A stretch of 64,000 bases of DNA from Azolla caroliniana (taxonomy: Eukaryota > Plantae > Polypodiophyta), in NCBI GenBank assembly GCA_043228905.1, contig JBHGNT010000013.1:7626001-7690000 (forward strand), in the 5' to 3' direction. Both the position numbers and the translations under genes were made by a program. Shown piece after piece: positions 61,377-64,000 of this stretch; the stretch's first letter is position 1; each line of letters begins with the position of its first letter. The notes under the pieces were generated by a model. That model was not told the origin of the DNA, did no database searches, and was given only the letters and a program-made list of their open reading frames with translations.

Positions 61377-64000
61377 TGTGAAAGTTAGCGTGCGGAAGCT
61401 TGACAAAACTAGTTTAGCCGGGCAGCAACAAAGAATAGGAAACATAGGTTCAATGGAAGCTTGAGAATATTTAGCATACACGGGAGAGATAGAGAGAGAG
61501 CATAACATAAAACTCTATTCTAAAATAATAATCCTCTGTGTACATAGAATGTGCTCAAAGAGCACTTTTATACAAGTCCATAAAGGACTGACAAAAGTAC
61601 TGACAAGTACTTCAATGCTCATACTAGTGACTGTCACTGATTCCCAAAAATATGCCTACGTACTGGGCTAGATCCGTAGGCCTCTACCGGCCTATTGGTT
61701 TCAATCTGATCCGGCTCCTGGTTCCAGATATCATCCGGACAACGATCCGGTTCTTCATTTTGGATACTGGTCTGACTTTGGCTTATTCAGCTGATCCGGA
61801 TCCGGTTGAGCTTGCTCGCTCAACACTCCCCCTCAAGCGCAACTTGAGGTCAGATCATGGTATCAGTGTTTGCAGTAGTCGGTCCTTTCCTCTGGCTCCT
61901 TTTGACGTCCTCCCGCCTTTCTCGCGCTCCTCGTCCAGTCCGGTTTTGCTTCCCACGACTCGTCCAGTTCTACGCACCTCGTCCTCCTTGATCTTCTTGT
62001 CTATTCAATAGGCCCATTTCAGCTCCTTCGCTGCTATGACTCCGACTCTTGTCGACCCATCGGTTCATCCGTGTTGGTGTCAATTTCCGCTGCCTTCTTG
62101 TCTGCTTGGCCCTTAGTTGTTCCGGCTCTTCCGAATCCAACTATTGAACTGAATCAGCTTCCTCCGATTTGTTCCAACTCTTGTCCGAGTTGGTAGTCTC
62201 CAACTCGTCTTCCATTTTAGGCCCTTCACCACCTCGGACCACGTCCGGGTCTTGGCCTTCTTCCGGTCGGCTCTGTCCTTCTTGACTCTGTCGCAGCTGC
62301 CGCTTGCTTTGACTTGTTCGGATGTGCCAACTCCTTCAGTCGGCTCGGCTTGCCCTATCTGCTCATCTCCCCCCTTGGTTCTTTCTTCCTCATCGGCTCC
62401 TTGGCCAATGCCATCCGTTCTCGTTCTTGTTCTCCCCCTCAAGTGTGGCACATCGAGATACTCAATGCCGAGCATCTCCGAAAAATGTTGCAACTTGTCC
62501 GATCCGAGCAGCTTGGTGAAGATGTCGGCAACCTGCCAATCCGTGTGAACATACCGAGGTTCAACTTCACGGTTCAAGACCCGCTCACGAACAAAGTGAT
62601 AATGCACTTGTATGCGCTTTGTCCGAGCATGGAATACAGGGTTCTTGGCGAGTTGTATGCTGCTTACGTTGTCACAATAAATCAGGATCGGGGTCAGCAC
62701 CTCGATCCAGAGGTCTCCTAGTAGTCGCCGAAGCCAGATGGCTTCATAGGTGCCAATGGTAGTGCTGCAGTACTCAACCTCAGTGCTCGATAGAGCCACT
62801 GTTCGCTGCCTTTTGCCGCTCCATGCAACAACCGCGATACCAAGAGAAAACATGTAACCGGAGGTGGATTGGCGATCCAATGCATCACCAGCCCAGTCGG
62901 CATCGGTATATGCGACCAACTTTCCAGCTATATCGTGTCCGTATAACAGTCCCCAGTCCTTCGTGTCGCTCACATATCGCAATAGTTGATGCGCGCACTG
63001 AAGGTGCTCCACAGTCGGCTTTTGCATAAACTGGCTGATCACCCCGACTGGATAACTAATGTAGGGTCGGGTGATCATCAAGTATATAAGGCTTCCGACA
63101 ATTTGTCGGAACCGTTTCTCATTGTAGGCCGGGCCAGAGTCAGGACATAGCTTCCCATGTGTCATTGGCATCAAATGCCTGCATTTCTTCCTCGATAGTA
63201 GCACGCCAATTTGTTGCCAATTTGCGCCTTTTGTTGCTTCTATGTAGCTCTCTAGCTCACGCACTTTCACCACCTTAGTCATGCATGCATAGTGATGTGC
63301 CATGTACTCATTGTAATCGTACCTCTAGACGGCTTTCTTTTGACGGGTTGAACGGTGTAACTTTTCATTACCCGGTTTGAGGCCCTTCTTGGCTGGTTCG
63401 GACACTCATTGTAATCGTACCTCTGGACGGCTTTCTTTTCACGAGTTGACTGGCGTAACTTTTCGTTACCCGGTTTGAGGCCCTTCTTGGCCGGTTCGGA
63501 CTTCCTTTTTGAAGATCCGCCTTCTTCCTTTCGGGGGTCAAATTCGTTCCGATCCAACCCTTCACTGTTGATATCGTATTTCAACATCTTCTTCTTCCAC
63601 TTCTCTTTGCGCGTGAATCGTCTCCTTGGTTGCTTGCGCGGGGAGAGCACATCAGAGTCTCCACTACTCGATGGTTCATCATCCGACTAGTCATCCCGAC
63701 TTAGCCGCTCGTTTGGCCCACTTTGCCGGAATGAGATCAGACTCTCATCTAGAGTACCGAAGTCTTCATCTTCTACCTGGAGCTCTTTGGGCTCACTAGC
63801 CTCATCTTCAAGAATCGGGTCGGAGTCAGAAGTTGGAATCGATAGAGAGTACCATGATGCCGATTCATCAAACTCGACATTTCGGCTTACTCGGACCTGT
63901 TTAGTCTGGGGGTTATAACACTTATACCCCTTCTGCTCATGCGAGTAACCGACTAGGATGCACTTCTTCAACATCGGATCCAGCTTCTCCGTTTCTCATC
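61377..64000 (-). mobile_element. Copia family B 3' part (3' LTR 61377-61825, RH, RT with internal deletion, INT end)
   Basis: PPT 61826-61836; YTDADWAG..RQSTSGY; RT core missing near 63150; 98-bp tandem duplication at 63307-63502. Confidence 0.9.

Overview
Eukaryotic, transposon-dense plant DNA. The PLS-class PPR style and TE families suggest a fern or another non-seed vascular plant (inference). It holds one intact host gene, an intronless PLS-E PPR at 32936-35374, inside nested mobile elements: two young Tnt1/Tork-like Copia copies in opposite orientation, several decayed copies of a second Copia family, Gypsy elements (one lineage is tRNA-Trp-primed with 4-bp TSDs and includes a gag-only copy), an L1 LINE fragment, a MULE/SWIM remnant, a long-arm foldback element and a spliced Sola2-like DDD transposase. 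The most unusual signals are: (1) a Penelope-like RT with no C-terminal endonuclease, followed by a minimal type I hammerhead ribozyme and inserted with a ~0.55 kb host deletion; (2) tRNA-like Pol III A/B-box modules lying antisense in the U3 of three different Gypsy LTRs; (3) the Sola2-like transposase; (4) CpG-centred 4-bp target sites; (5) a stranded DEM/VID27 gene fragment. All calls were made by eye, with no database searches.
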